NCBI GenBank assembly: GCA_963810095.1
Contig: CAWEMM010000006.1
Span: 928,001-992,000, forward strand
DNA: 64,000 nt
Reading direction: 5' to 3'
Source of the DNA: an uncultured Chloroflexia bacterium
Lineage (GTDB): Bacteria; Chloroflexota; Anaerolineae; CG2-30-64-16
Positions 21,676 through 32,477 of the stretch are shown piece by piece. The notes under the pieces were generated by a model. That model made no database searches. It was not told where the DNA came from and saw only the letters and a program-made list of their open reading frames with translations. The stretch's first letter is position 1. Every line of letters starts with the position of its first letter. Position numbers and translations under genes: made by a program.

Positions 21676-22971
21676 CTACTTCGCAATGGTGAAGTTGGTG
21701 ATGTACTCGTCGTAGTTGCTGTCCGAGCGGACCACCCGCAGCCGGAGCGCATGCTTGCCGGCCGGCAGGTTCGTCGTGTCAAGCGTGTAGGTGAACTGTC
21801 CGGGATTCTCACCGAAGGCCAGGAACGCCGACGCATTCGGGTCGCCGTTGGGCAGCAGGTCCAGCTGCCACTTCATGAAGCTGGGCGAGGAAGCGTACCC
21901 TGTCACATTCACGCTGCCGCTGACCGTCGCGCCCTCTTTCGGGGCCGTGATGCCGTTGGTCGTGGCCGCACCCGCACCAGCGGCGCCCGCACCGGCGGCG
22001 CCGCTGGCGGTCGTCCCGCCGGTCCCACTCGCCGCCGCCGTACCTCCACCCGTCGAGCCGCTGCCCGACGCGGCCGAACCGGTCGTGCCGCCAGCCGCAG
22101 CGCCCGCACCGGCCGCCGCCTGCCCGATCGTGAACTTGGTCAGGTACTCGTTGTAGTTGCTGTCGTTCCGCACGACGCGCAACCGCAGAACGTGCTCGCC
22201 CGCCGGGTAGTTGGTCGTGTTCAGGGTATAAGTGAACACGCCGCTGGTCTCGCCCAACGCGAGGAAGATTGCGCCGTTAGAATCGCCGCCCGGCAGCAGA
22301 TCCAACTGCCATTTCATGAAGTTCGGATCGTTCGCGTATCCCCGAACCACGAACTCGCCATTGACGGCTTGGCCTTCACGAGGCGCGGCCAGGCCGTTGG
22401 TCGTCACGCCCATGCCACTGGTGGCCGCGCTCGTCGTCGCCCCTCCGGCGGTGCTCGTCCCACGCGCCGCAGGGGTGGCGGTTGGCTTCGCACCCGTGCT
22501 CGTTGCAGTGGCCGTGGCAGTCGTCTCGCCGGTCTTTGTGCCTCCGGCAGCCGCCCCGCCGATAGTAAATTTCGTCACGTACTCGTCGTAGTTGCTGTCC
22601 TTCCGGACGACGCGCAACCGCAGGGCGTGTTCGCCCGCGGGCAGTTTGCTCGTGTCGAACGAATAGGTGAACTCGCCCGCAGTCTCGCCAAGTGTCAGAA
22701 AGATTGCTGCATTGGGATCGCCGCCCGGCAGCAGATCCAGCTGCCACTTCTGAAAGCTCGGGCTGTTAGCATAGCCCTTCACCTCAACCGTGCCGCTCAG
22801 CGCAGCCCCGTCCTTCGGGCTGGTGATCCCGTTGGTCGGCGCCGCCGTGCTCGCCGTGGCGTTGGCCGTTCCGCCGGTCGTCTGCGCCGCGGCCGCGAAC
22901 GGCAGGCTCAGCAGCAGGACTGCCACCAAGCCCAGCACCCACAACTTCGCTCTACTTCGATTGGACTGCAT
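21676..22971 (-). CDS. Secreted protein with three ~93-aa Ig-like repeats and A/G/T-rich linkers
   Basis: Signal peptide ending AAAA-Q; three copies of TNG...P..G..V.G...V.GYA..P.F.KWQLDLLP.GD...LRLRVVR.DSNY.EY. Confidence 0.8.
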   Translation of the reverse strand: MQSNRSRAKLWVLGLVAVLLLSLPFAAAAQTTGGTANATASTAAPTNGITSPKDGAALSGTVEVKGYANSPSFQKWQLDLLPGGDPNAAIFLTLGETAGEFTYSFDTSKLPAGEHALRLRVVRKDSNYDEYVTKFTIGGAAAGGTKTGETTATATATSTGAKPTATPAARGTSTAGGATTSAATSGMGVTTNGLAAPREGQAVNGEFVVRGYANDPNFMKWQLDLLPGGDSNGAIFLALGETSGVFTYTLNTTNYPAGEHVLRLRVVRNDSNYNEYLTKFTIGQAAAGAGAAAGGTTGSAASGSGSTGGGTAAASGTGGTTASGAAGAGAAGAGAATTNGITAPKEGATVSGSVNVTGYASSPSFMKWQLDLLPNGDPNASAFLAFGENPGQFTYTLDTTNLPAGKHALRLRVVRSDSNYDEYITNFTIAK

Positions 22972-23210
22972 AGTACACTCTCCTTGCTGAGATGTGATGT
23001 CGTTATAACGCACGACATGATGTGAACGGTACGAATTATCTACGTTCATTGACATGTCAATCGCAGTAGGCCATCATTCATTTGCCGCAAAAGGCTCCCC
23101 ATCCGGCAAAACTCCTACATCCGCCGATTTGGCGTGAAAGCCGGGATGCAGTACCATTCTTGCAGAAACTCGTTATCCACAAGGAATGACCTGCGACAAA
23201 GCACTGAGCG

Positions 23211-23662
23211 ATGGATTACCTGGAGTCCCGAGTCCAACACCTGATGGCGCGGCTGAAGAGCGCAGATTACCGCCTGACCCCTCAGCGCGTGACGCTGCTG
23301 CGGCTGATTGCCGCCAGCGAAGGGCATCCCAGCGCCCTTCACCTGTACGAGCAGATCCGAACTCAATTTCCCACCACCAGCCTGGCCACCGTCTACAAGA
23401 CGCTCAGTCTTCTCAAGGAGATGGGCGAGGTGCTCGAACTCGGCTTCAGCACCGACGATAACCGCTACGACGGCCACCGGCCTTATCCGCACCCGCATCT
23501 CATCTGTGTCAGCTGCCGGAAAATCACGGACCCACCCGTGAGTCTCGTGGATGACCTGACACAGGAGGTGGCGGAACAGACAGGTTACGATGTCACCGGC
23601 CACCGCCTCGATTTCTACGGCGTGTGTCCTGACTGCCGAAAGCAAAACCCTTCAGCAACTGA
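23211..23662 (+). CDS. Fur/PerR-family regulator (3' end uncertain; probable frameshift removes the stop)
   Basis: [36 protein letters not shown]; upstream of katG. Confidence 0.85.
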
Positions 23663-23685
23663 CACGAGGAAAGGAGCAACAGATC

Positions 23686-25903
<2,218 letters not shown>

Positions 25904-26004
25904 TGAAATGGGACACTGATGCAACTGATTGAACTGATCTGCACTGTCCTTTGGGCAAAAATCGTGATGATCAGTCCGATCCGTTCAATCAGTGTTCCAT
26001 TTCA
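25904..26004. repeat. ~100-bp palindromic element, family 1 (copy A)
   Basis: tgaaatgggacactgat...atcagtgttccatttca terminal IR; internal 9-nt ACTGAT period; closely similar to 55836-55945. Confidence 0.8.
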
Positions 26005-26126
26005 CCCCGCGTTGTCCAGCAGCGCGGGGCGAAGGTCTATTCGCAAAGTGGGGGCAAGAGCGCCCCTGCCAAACCGTCATTAGGCACCAGCTGATAATTT
26101 CCCTGCGGTTGTACGTAGTACCCCCA

Positions 26127-26988
26127 TTACCGCTCGACGCGCACGCGCCACCCGTCCCCATCGCTCACCAACTCGATCCGGCCGTGCTGGTCGGTCCGCA
26201 GCACCTCAATCCCTGCCAGCCGCTGCAGCAATTCGGGCGCCGGATGGCCGAAGCGGTTCTCCGCACCGGCGGAGATCACGGCCAGGCGCGGCCCGACGGC
26301 CGCCAGAAACGGCCGCGAGGTGCTGGCGCTGCTCCCGTGGTGGCCCACCTTGAGCACATCGGCCCGGAGCGGCAGCTGCGCGGCAAGCATCTCCTGCTCG
26401 GCCTCCTCTTCGGCATCGCCCGTCAGCAACAGGCTGCTCCTCCCATAATCCAGCCGCAAGACCAGGCTCCCGTTGTTGCTGCTTTCGCGCCCGGCGCCTC
26501 CGGAAGGGGGATTGAGCACCGTCAGGGTCACGCTGCCCGCCTCCAGCCGCGTGCCCCGGCCGACCGGCGATCGCGGCGCGCCGGCGCCCGCACTCGCAGC
26601 CAGCCACGCTTCTGCGCCCTCATCTCCTCCCTGCACCGCGTCGACAACCCGGGCGACTCTGAAACGCTCGAATACGGGGAGCAGCCCCGATACGTGATCG
26701 GCGTCGGGGTGAGTAAGCACGACAAGGTCGAGCGACCTGTCCCAGAAAGGCAGAACCTCGCCCAGTTGGTCGAGCAGCGCGCTGGGACTCGGCCCGCCAT
26801 CCACCAGGATCTGGCGGCCGTCCGGGCGTCTGAATGAGGATGGCATCGCCCTGCCCCACGTCGAGGAACCAGACGTGAAGCCGGCCTCGGGCCAAACCAT
26901 CCGGCAAGGCCCCGAGGCTGACCCAGGCGATGACTGCAAGGAAGGCCAGCGCGAGGAGGAGCCGCGGGCCTGTAACCAGCTTCCGCAT
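26127..26988 (-). CDS. Standalone ComEC-type metallo-beta-lactamase-fold protein with N-terminal membrane anchor (frameshift near 26825)
   Basis: FLDVGQGDAILI, LVDGG, LTHPDADH, NNGSLV, LTGDAE, LKVGHHGS, FGHP, RTDQHG. Confidence 0.85.
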
Positions 26989-27081
26989 CGAAGCACCTTA
27001 TCATTGGGGCGATAGGCGGTCGCCCGCACAATCGTTTATGTTATACTAGCCCCGGCCAAACTCAGTGTCAAGGAGCCCGAG

Positions 27082-28284
27082 ATGGGAACCGAAACGGGTA
27101 ACGAAAAGCAGGCATTGACGATCTACGGCACGCCTTGGTGTCCCGACTGTCGCCGCAGCAAACAGTTTCTGGGCGAACACCGCGTGCCCTATGACTATAT
27201 CGATATCGAGGACGATCCGGCCGCGCAGGCCGAAGTCATGCGGATCAACCACGGCAACCGGAGCGTGCCCACGATCGTTTTCCCAGACGGCACGTCGCTC
27301 ACCGAGCCAAGCAATGAGGCGTTGGCTCAGAAGCTGGGCCTGGTCACCACAGCCCAGTACGACTTCTACGACCTGGTCATCATCGGCGGTGGACCTGCGG
27401 GCCTGACCACGGCCATCTACGCCGCACGCGAGGGGATCAAAACCCTCATCCTGGAGCGCGGCGCGGCGGGTGGGAACGTGGGCAACACGCAGCACATGGA
27501 GAACTACCCCGGCTTCGATGAAGGCATCTCGGGCCAGGAATTCGCCGAGCGCCTGACCCGGCAGGCCAAGAAGTTCGGCGTCGAGGTGCTGCAGGCGAGC
27601 GGCGTGGAGAACCTGGCCCGCGACGACCAATACCTGTGCATCGGCACAACGTCTGGCAAGGAGTACAGTGCTCGGGCCGTGCTGGTCGCCACGGGCTCGC
27701 GCTACCGCCGCCTCATGACCCCGGGCGAGCGCGAGTTGATCGGGTCCGCGATTCACTTCTGCGCAATGTGCGACGCGCCCTTTTACCGGGGCAAGGACGT
27801 CCTGGTGATCGGCGGGGGCAACAGCGGGTTCCAGGAGAGCCTGTTCATCAAGCAGTACGCGAAGAGCGTGACCATCGTGGAGTTCATGCCCGAAGTCCGC
27901 GCCAGCAAGCTTCTGCAGGAGGCGGTGGCCAAGGAACCGGACATGAAAGTGGTGACCAACCACGCCATCGAGAGCTTCCGCGCGCAGCGCGGCAAGCTGT
28001 TGGGCGTGGACGTGGTCGACCGGGGCACGGGCGAGAAGTCGACCTGGAAGCCGGACGGCGTCTTCATCTTCATCGGCATGAGCCCCAACACCGACTGGGT
28101 GCCCGAGACGATCGAGCGCGACAAGTTCGGCTTCGTCGTGACGAATCTGAACCTGGAAACGAGCATGCCGGGCGTGTTTGCGGCCGGCGATGTCCGTTCG
28201 GGCAGCACCAAGCAGGCCGCGGCCGCCGCGGGTGAAGGCGCCACCGCCGCGCTGATGATCCGGGAGTACCTGAGGGACCACTAG
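27082..28284 (+). CDS. Glutaredoxin/mycoredoxin-like domain fused to thioredoxin reductase
   Basis: N-terminal WCPDC...SVPTIVF; GGGPAG, CAMC redox motif, GGGNSG, GVFAAGD. Confidence 0.88.
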   Translation: MGTETGNEKQALTIYGTPWCPDCRRSKQFLGEHRVPYDYIDIEDDPAAQAEVMRINHGNRSVPTIVFPDGTSLTEPSNEALAQKLGLVTTAQYDFYDLVIIGGGPAGLTTAIYAAREGIKTLILERGAAGGNVGNTQHMENYPGFDEGISGQEFAERLTRQAKKFGVEVLQASGVENLARDDQYLCIGTTSGKEYSARAVLVATGSRYRRLMTPGERELIGSAIHFCAMCDAPFYRGKDVLVIGGGNSGFQESLFIKQYAKSVTIVEFMPEVRASKLLQEAVAKEPDMKVVTNHAIESFRAQRGKLLGVDVVDRGTGEKSTWKPDGVFIFIGMSPNTDWVPETIERDKFGFVVTNLNLETSMPGVFAAGDVRSGSTKQAAAAAGEGATAALMIREYLRDH

Positions 28285-28285
28285 C

Positions 28286-28369
28286 TTCTTCACCACGAAG
28301 ACTCGAAGACACAACGAACCGCAAAGGCTTTGTGCGTTCTTGGTGTCTTCGTGCCTTAGTGGTGAAGAA
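28286..28369. repeat. Palindromic element, family 2 (CACGAAGAC 9-nt period)
   Basis: ttcttcaccacgaagactcgaagacac...gtgtcttcgtgccttagtggtgaagaa. Confidence 0.7.
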
Positions 28370-28395
28370 CCTGTTCGGCGTTCGGACAAGATGGA

Positions 28396-29271
28396 ATGAG
28401 CCACCAGATCATCTTCGGCGACAATCTGCCCTGCCTGCAGGCCATGCCCGGCCGGTCTGTCGACCTGATCTACATCGATCCGCCGTTCAATACGGGCAAA
28501 GTTCAGCGCCACACGCAGCTCAAGACCGTGCAGAGCGACGACGGCGACCGGAGCGGCTTTGCCGGCCGCCGTTATCGCACGTCCAAGGGCGCGACGCGTG
28601 CGTATGCCGACGCCTACGACGATTACCTCGCGTTCCTCGAGCCGCGGCTGACCGAAGCGTATCGCGTCCTGGCCGAGAGCGGCTCGCTGTACTTCCATAT
28701 CGACTACCGCGAGGTCCACTACTGCAAGCTCCTGCTCGACGACATCTTCGGCCGCGACTGTTTTCTCAACGAGATCATCTGGGCCTACGACTACGGCGCT
28801 CGCGCGACACGCAGGTGGCCCGCCAAGCACGATAACATCCTCGTCTACGTGAAAGACCCGAAGAACTATCTCTTCAACACCGAAGAGGTCGAGCGGATCC
28901 CCTATATGGCGCCCGGCCTTGTGGGCGCCGAGAAGGCCGCGCGGGGCAAGCTCCCCACCGACACGTGGTGGCACACGATCGTGCCAACCAACGGCCAGGA
29001 GCGCACCGGCTACCCGACGCAAAAGCCCGTGGGGATTCTCAAGCGCATCGTTGCCGCCTCGTCGCCGCCCGGCGGCCTGGTGCTCGATTTCTTCGCCGGC
29101 AGCGGTGCGACCGGCGCGGCCTGCCTCGCGCTCGGCCGGCGCTTCATCCTGATCGACAATAACCCCGAAGCCCTCGACGTGATGGCCCGGCGCTTTGCCG
29201 GGGTGGGCGACGTCGAATGGATCGGGTTCGACCCGCAACAAATCCAGGGCAAAGGTGAAGGCGAAGCATGA
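28396..29271 (+). CDS. Site-specific DNA methyltransferase (N6A/N4C, beta class), orphan
   Basis: Motif IV YIDPPF precedes YPTQKP and motif I VLDFFAGSG. Confidence 0.88.
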   Translation: MSHQIIFGDNLPCLQAMPGRSVDLIYIDPPFNTGKVQRHTQLKTVQSDDGDRSGFAGRRYRTSKGATRAYADAYDDYLAFLEPRLTEAYRVLAESGSLYFHIDYREVHYCKLLLDDIFGRDCFLNEIIWAYDYGARATRRWPAKHDNILVYVKDPKNYLFNTEEVERIPYMAPGLVGAEKAARGKLPTDTWWHTIVPTNGQERTGYPTQKPVGILKRIVAASSPPGGLVLDFFAGSGATGAACLALGRRFILIDNNPEALDVMARRFAGVGDVEWIGFDPQQIQGKGEGEA

Positions 29272-30101
29272 AGATCCTCATCGCAGCAGATATGGAAGGC
29301 ATCACCGGCGTCGTGAACTTCGACCAGACGACTCCCGGCCATCCCGAGTACGAACGCTTCCGGCGCTTGATGACCGAGGACGTGAACGCCGCCGTGCGCG
29401 GCGCATTCGCAGGCGGTGCCGGCGAAGTGATTGTCAGCGACGGGCACTGGGATGCGTCCAACATCCTCATCGAGCAACTTGACCCGCGTGCCAGGCTCAA
29501 CTCGGGCACCCCCCGCCCGTACTCCATGCTCGAAGGCATCGACGGCGGGGTCGACGGCGTCTTGTTCGTCGGCTACCACGCCCAGGTGGGCACGCTGAAC
29601 GCCGTGCTCGACCACACCTGGTCGAGCTTCGCGGGTCGACGGGCTCTGGTTGACGCCGACCGGCGGCGAGCCGCAGGCGATGGGCGAAATCGGCCTGAAC
29701 GGGGCGGTGTGCGGGCACTTCGGCGCCCCTGTCCTGATGATCTCGGGCGACCAGACCGCGTGCGCAGAGGCCGCGGCCCTCTTTCCGAACATTGTGACCG
29801 CGGTCGTGAAGCAGGCGAAAGGCCGGAGCGCCGCCGACTGCCTGCCGCCCGCGGTCAGCGCACCCTGATCGAGCAGTGCGCAGCCAGGGGCGTCCAACTG
29901 CTGCGCTCAGACAACCCGCCGCAGCCGCTAAAGGTTCCGGCGCCGGTGACGGTCACGGTCGAGTTCGTCAAGTCGCAGATGGCCGACAGCGCCGCCATCA
30001 TGCCGGGCGCGCGCCGGGTCGACGGCAAGCGGGTCGAGTTCGTTGCCCGCGACATGCCGGAAGCCTACCGGGCGTTCCGGGCGCTGGTCGGCCTGGCATG
30101 A
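29268..30101 (+). CDS. D-aminopeptidase DppA (peptidase M55); two compensating frameshifts
   Basis: ADMEG, VSDGH, FVGYHA, LDHT, GEIGLN...ISGDQ, VK in the alternate frame. Confidence 0.85.
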   Translation: MKILIAADMEGITGVVNFDQTTPGHPEYERFRRLMTEDVNAAVRGAFAGGAGEVIVSDGHWDASNILIEQLDPRARLNSGTPRPYSMLEGIDGGVDGVLFVGYHAQVGTLNAVLDHTWSSFAGRRALVDADRRRAAGDGRNRPERGGVRALRRPCPDDLGRPDRVRRGRGPLSEHCDRGREAGERPERRRLPAARGQRTLIEQCAARGVQLLRSDNPPQPLKVPAPVTVTVEFVKSQMADSAAIMPGARRVDGKRVEFVARDMPEAYRAFRALVGLA

Positions 30102-30658
30102 GCGCCGGGTGGCGGATCGCTGGCCTGGCGGGTCAACCGGAAGAGTTGCTGGTGCGAGCGGCAGAGCTGCTCGTCGAGGGCTTTCGCGAGCACTGGCCGA
30201 ATGCCTGGCCCGACCTGGCGAGTGCGCAAGACGAGGTGCGTGAGGCGCTCGAGCCGGGCAAGCTGTGTCGCGCGGCGCTGGGCGAGGACGGCGAACTGCT
30301 CGGCTGGGTCGGCGGCATCTCGGGCTATGACGGGCATGTGTGGGAGCTGCACCCCCTCGTCGTCGACCCGGCGCAGCAGGGACGGGGCATCGGCCGGGCG
30401 CTGGTGCAGGATCTCGAGGAGCAGGTGCGGTCGCGCGGGGGGCTCACCCTGTGGCTGGGCTCGGACGACGAAGACGACATGACCTCGCTCGCCGGCGTCG
30501 ACTTGTACGGGGATTTGCCCGGAATGCTCGCGGCCATACGGAACTTGAAGGGGCATCCGTATACGTTCTATCAGAAATGTGGGTTTGTGGTCGCGGGCGT
30601 CGTTCCCGACGCCAACGGCCGCGGCAAACCGGATATCCTGATGGCGAAACGAATCTAG
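30098..30658 (+). CDS. GNAT acetyltransferase, AAC(6')-Ia/Ii-like
   Basis: WELHPLVV...QGRGIG, LGSDDE...TSL, HPYTFYQKCGF...PDANG.GKPDILMAK. Confidence 0.8.
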   Translation: MSAGWRIAGLAGQPEELLVRAAELLVEGFREHWPNAWPDLASAQDEVREALEPGKLCRAALGEDGELLGWVGGISGYDGHVWELHPLVVDPAQQGRGIGRALVQDLEEQVRSRGGLTLWLGSDDEDDMTSLAGVDLYGDLPGMLAAIRNLKGHPYTFYQKCGFVVAGVVPDANGRGKPDILMAKRI

Positions 30659-30699
30659 GTGCAACCACACGGAATCTGTTGAAACATGACGCTGCTGCA

Positions 30700-30806
30700 C
30701 CTCGACTGTGGGCGCTCCTGCGGACCGCCCTCCGCTCAGGATGCCTGCGCTTGAAGCATCCTGAGCGGAGGCGCCAGCGCAGCTGGCGTGCCGCAGTCGA
30801 AGGATG
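30700..30806. repeat. Inverted-repeat element of CATCCTGAGCGGAG...GTCGAAGGA type
   Basis: ctccgctcaggatgc / gcatcctgagcggag arms with outer tcgactg / cagtcga arms. Confidence 0.6.
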
Positions 30807-30948
30807 CGACCCGACAGAATCATTGTGCTTGTAATTAAACTGGTCGCAAAGTGAACAGGACGCGCTGCAGGTGCGAGCTCTAGCTCGCACCTACAGGCGC
30901 AGCCGTAAATTGCGACTAGTCTGGGTGCCGGCGGATTGATGTTGCGGC

Positions 30949-31944
30949 ATGAGCGACACGGCGGAGAGTGTGGGAATGCGAGTGGACCGGCGTTATGCGG
31001 CATTTGCTTGGGGCGTGCTTGGCTACAGCGTCCTGGTGATCCTGTGGGGCGCGTTCGTGCGCGCCACCGGTTCGGGTGCGGGGTGCGGCAGTCACTGGCC
31101 GCTCTGCAACGGGGCCGTCGTTCCACGGCCGCAGCAGATCGAGACCGTCGTCGAATTTGCACACCGGCTGACCTCCGGCCTCAGCGTGATCCTGATCGGC
31201 GCGCTCATCGTCTGGGGCTGGCGGCTCTCCCGACCGGGTCATCCGATCCGCAAGACACTGATCGCGTCGGGCGTGTTCATCGTCCTCGAGGCCCTCATCG
31301 GCGCATGGCTCGTGCTGGCCGGGCTGACCGCGCAGAATGATTCGATCGGGCGGGCCGTTTCGATGGCGCTGCACCTCATCAACACGTTCCTGCTGCTCGC
31401 GGCGCTCGCTTTCACCGCGTGGTGGGCATCGGGTAATGCGATGGTGCGGCTGCGCGGGCAGGGCTGGCTGCTCGCGGGCTGGCTCGCGGCCCTGGTCGCA
31501 GTCCTGATCGTGGGCATGAGCGGCGCGGTGACCGCGCTGGGCGACACCCTGTTCCCGTCCGCCTCCCTGACCGAGGGCTTCCGCGCGGACTTCTCCGCGA
31601 CCGCGCACATCCTCATTCGGGCCCGCGTCCTGCACCCGATGCTGGCAGTGGGCTACGCGCTGTTTGCCGTCCTGCTGAGCCGCCTGATTGCCGCCAAACG
31701 CCCGGACGAGCGCACGCAGCGCCTGGCGACCGTCGTCACCGTCCTCGTCATCGGGCAAGTGATGGTCGGTGCGCTGAACATCGCGCTCCTTGCGCCCGTG
31801 TGGATGCAGATCGTGCATCTCGCGCTCGCGGTGTCGGTCTGGTTGTCGGTCATCCTGTTGGGTGCGTCCGCATTTGCAGTGCGCGAGCCGGCCACGTCGG
31901 TCCAACAGCCCGCCCTCGGCGTCGGGGCGCCGGAACTGCCATGA
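30949..31944 (+). CDS. ctaA: Heme A synthase (COX15/CtaA family)
   Basis: GAFVRATGSGAGCGSHWPLCNG, EFAHR, ALH, LHP, VHL; multiple TM segments. Confidence 0.85.
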   Translation: MSDTAESVGMRVDRRYAAFAWGVLGYSVLVILWGAFVRATGSGAGCGSHWPLCNGAVVPRPQQIETVVEFAHRLTSGLSVILIGALIVWGWRLSRPGHPIRKTLIASGVFIVLEALIGAWLVLAGLTAQNDSIGRAVSMALHLINTFLLLAALAFTAWWASGNAMVRLRGQGWLLAGWLAALVAVLIVGMSGAVTALGDTLFPSASLTEGFRADFSATAHILIRARVLHPMLAVGYALFAVLLSRLIAAKRPDERTQRLATVVTVLVIGQVMVGALNIALLAPVWMQIVHLALAVSVWLSVILLGASAFAVREPATSVQQPALGVGAPELP

Positions 31945-32468
31945 CCGCCTTCGATATCCGCCTCGCCACCTTGGAGGACGCTGCCGAGCTGGGCGGTTTT
32001 CTAAAGGCGCTCAACCATTTTCACCGGCTGGAAGGGCAAACCCTCGAGGAAGTGCAGTCTCAGGTGGCACGCGAGCTGCGGCTGTGCCTTGCCGGTGGGT
32101 CGCATTCGGTCTACCTCGCGACGGGGCCGGGCGGGGAAATCGCCGGCTACGCCAACGTCCACTGGTTGCCTTACCTCTTCCTGCCCGGTCCGGAAGGCTA
32201 CGTCTCCGAGTTGTTCGTCGCCGAAGCGGCCCGCGGGCAGGGGATCGGCAGTGCGCTGCTGGATGCGGTGCAGGATGAGGCGCGGCGGCGCGGCTGCGCT
32301 CGGCTGTCGCTGCTCAACATGCGCGGGCGCGAGTCGTATGCGCGCGGTTTCTACGCCAAGGCCGGCTGGACCGAACGGGACGACGCGGCCAACTTCGTCC
32401 TCGACTTCAGGGAGCCCTATTTCGGGCTCGGTCGGAGACCGGCCAGAGCATTCGCTTGCGTGGTTTAG
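31941..32468 (+). CDS. GNAT acetyltransferase
   Basis: ELFVAEAARGQGIGSALL...FYAKAGW. Confidence 0.8.
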   Translation: MTAFDIRLATLEDAAELGGFLKALNHFHRLEGQTLEEVQSQVARELRLCLAGGSHSVYLATGPGGEIAGYANVHWLPYLFLPGPEGYVSELFVAEAARGQGIGSALLDAVQDEARRRGCARLSLLNMRGRESYARGFYAKAGWTERDDAANFVLDFREPYFGLGRRPARAFACVV

Positions 32469-32477
32469 GGGCAGCCG

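Noticed and set aside
21960-22560. Low-complexity GC-rich stretches as non-coding repeats
   Set aside because: They encode the Ala/Gly/Thr linkers of the secreted repeat protein.
25904-26004. Periodic repeats as a CRISPR array
   Set aside because: Units are 9 nt with no unique spacers, copies are dispersed, and no cas genes are present.
28396-29271. Restriction-modification or other defence island
   Set aside because: No nuclease, helicase or specificity gene nearby; neighbours are metabolic genes.
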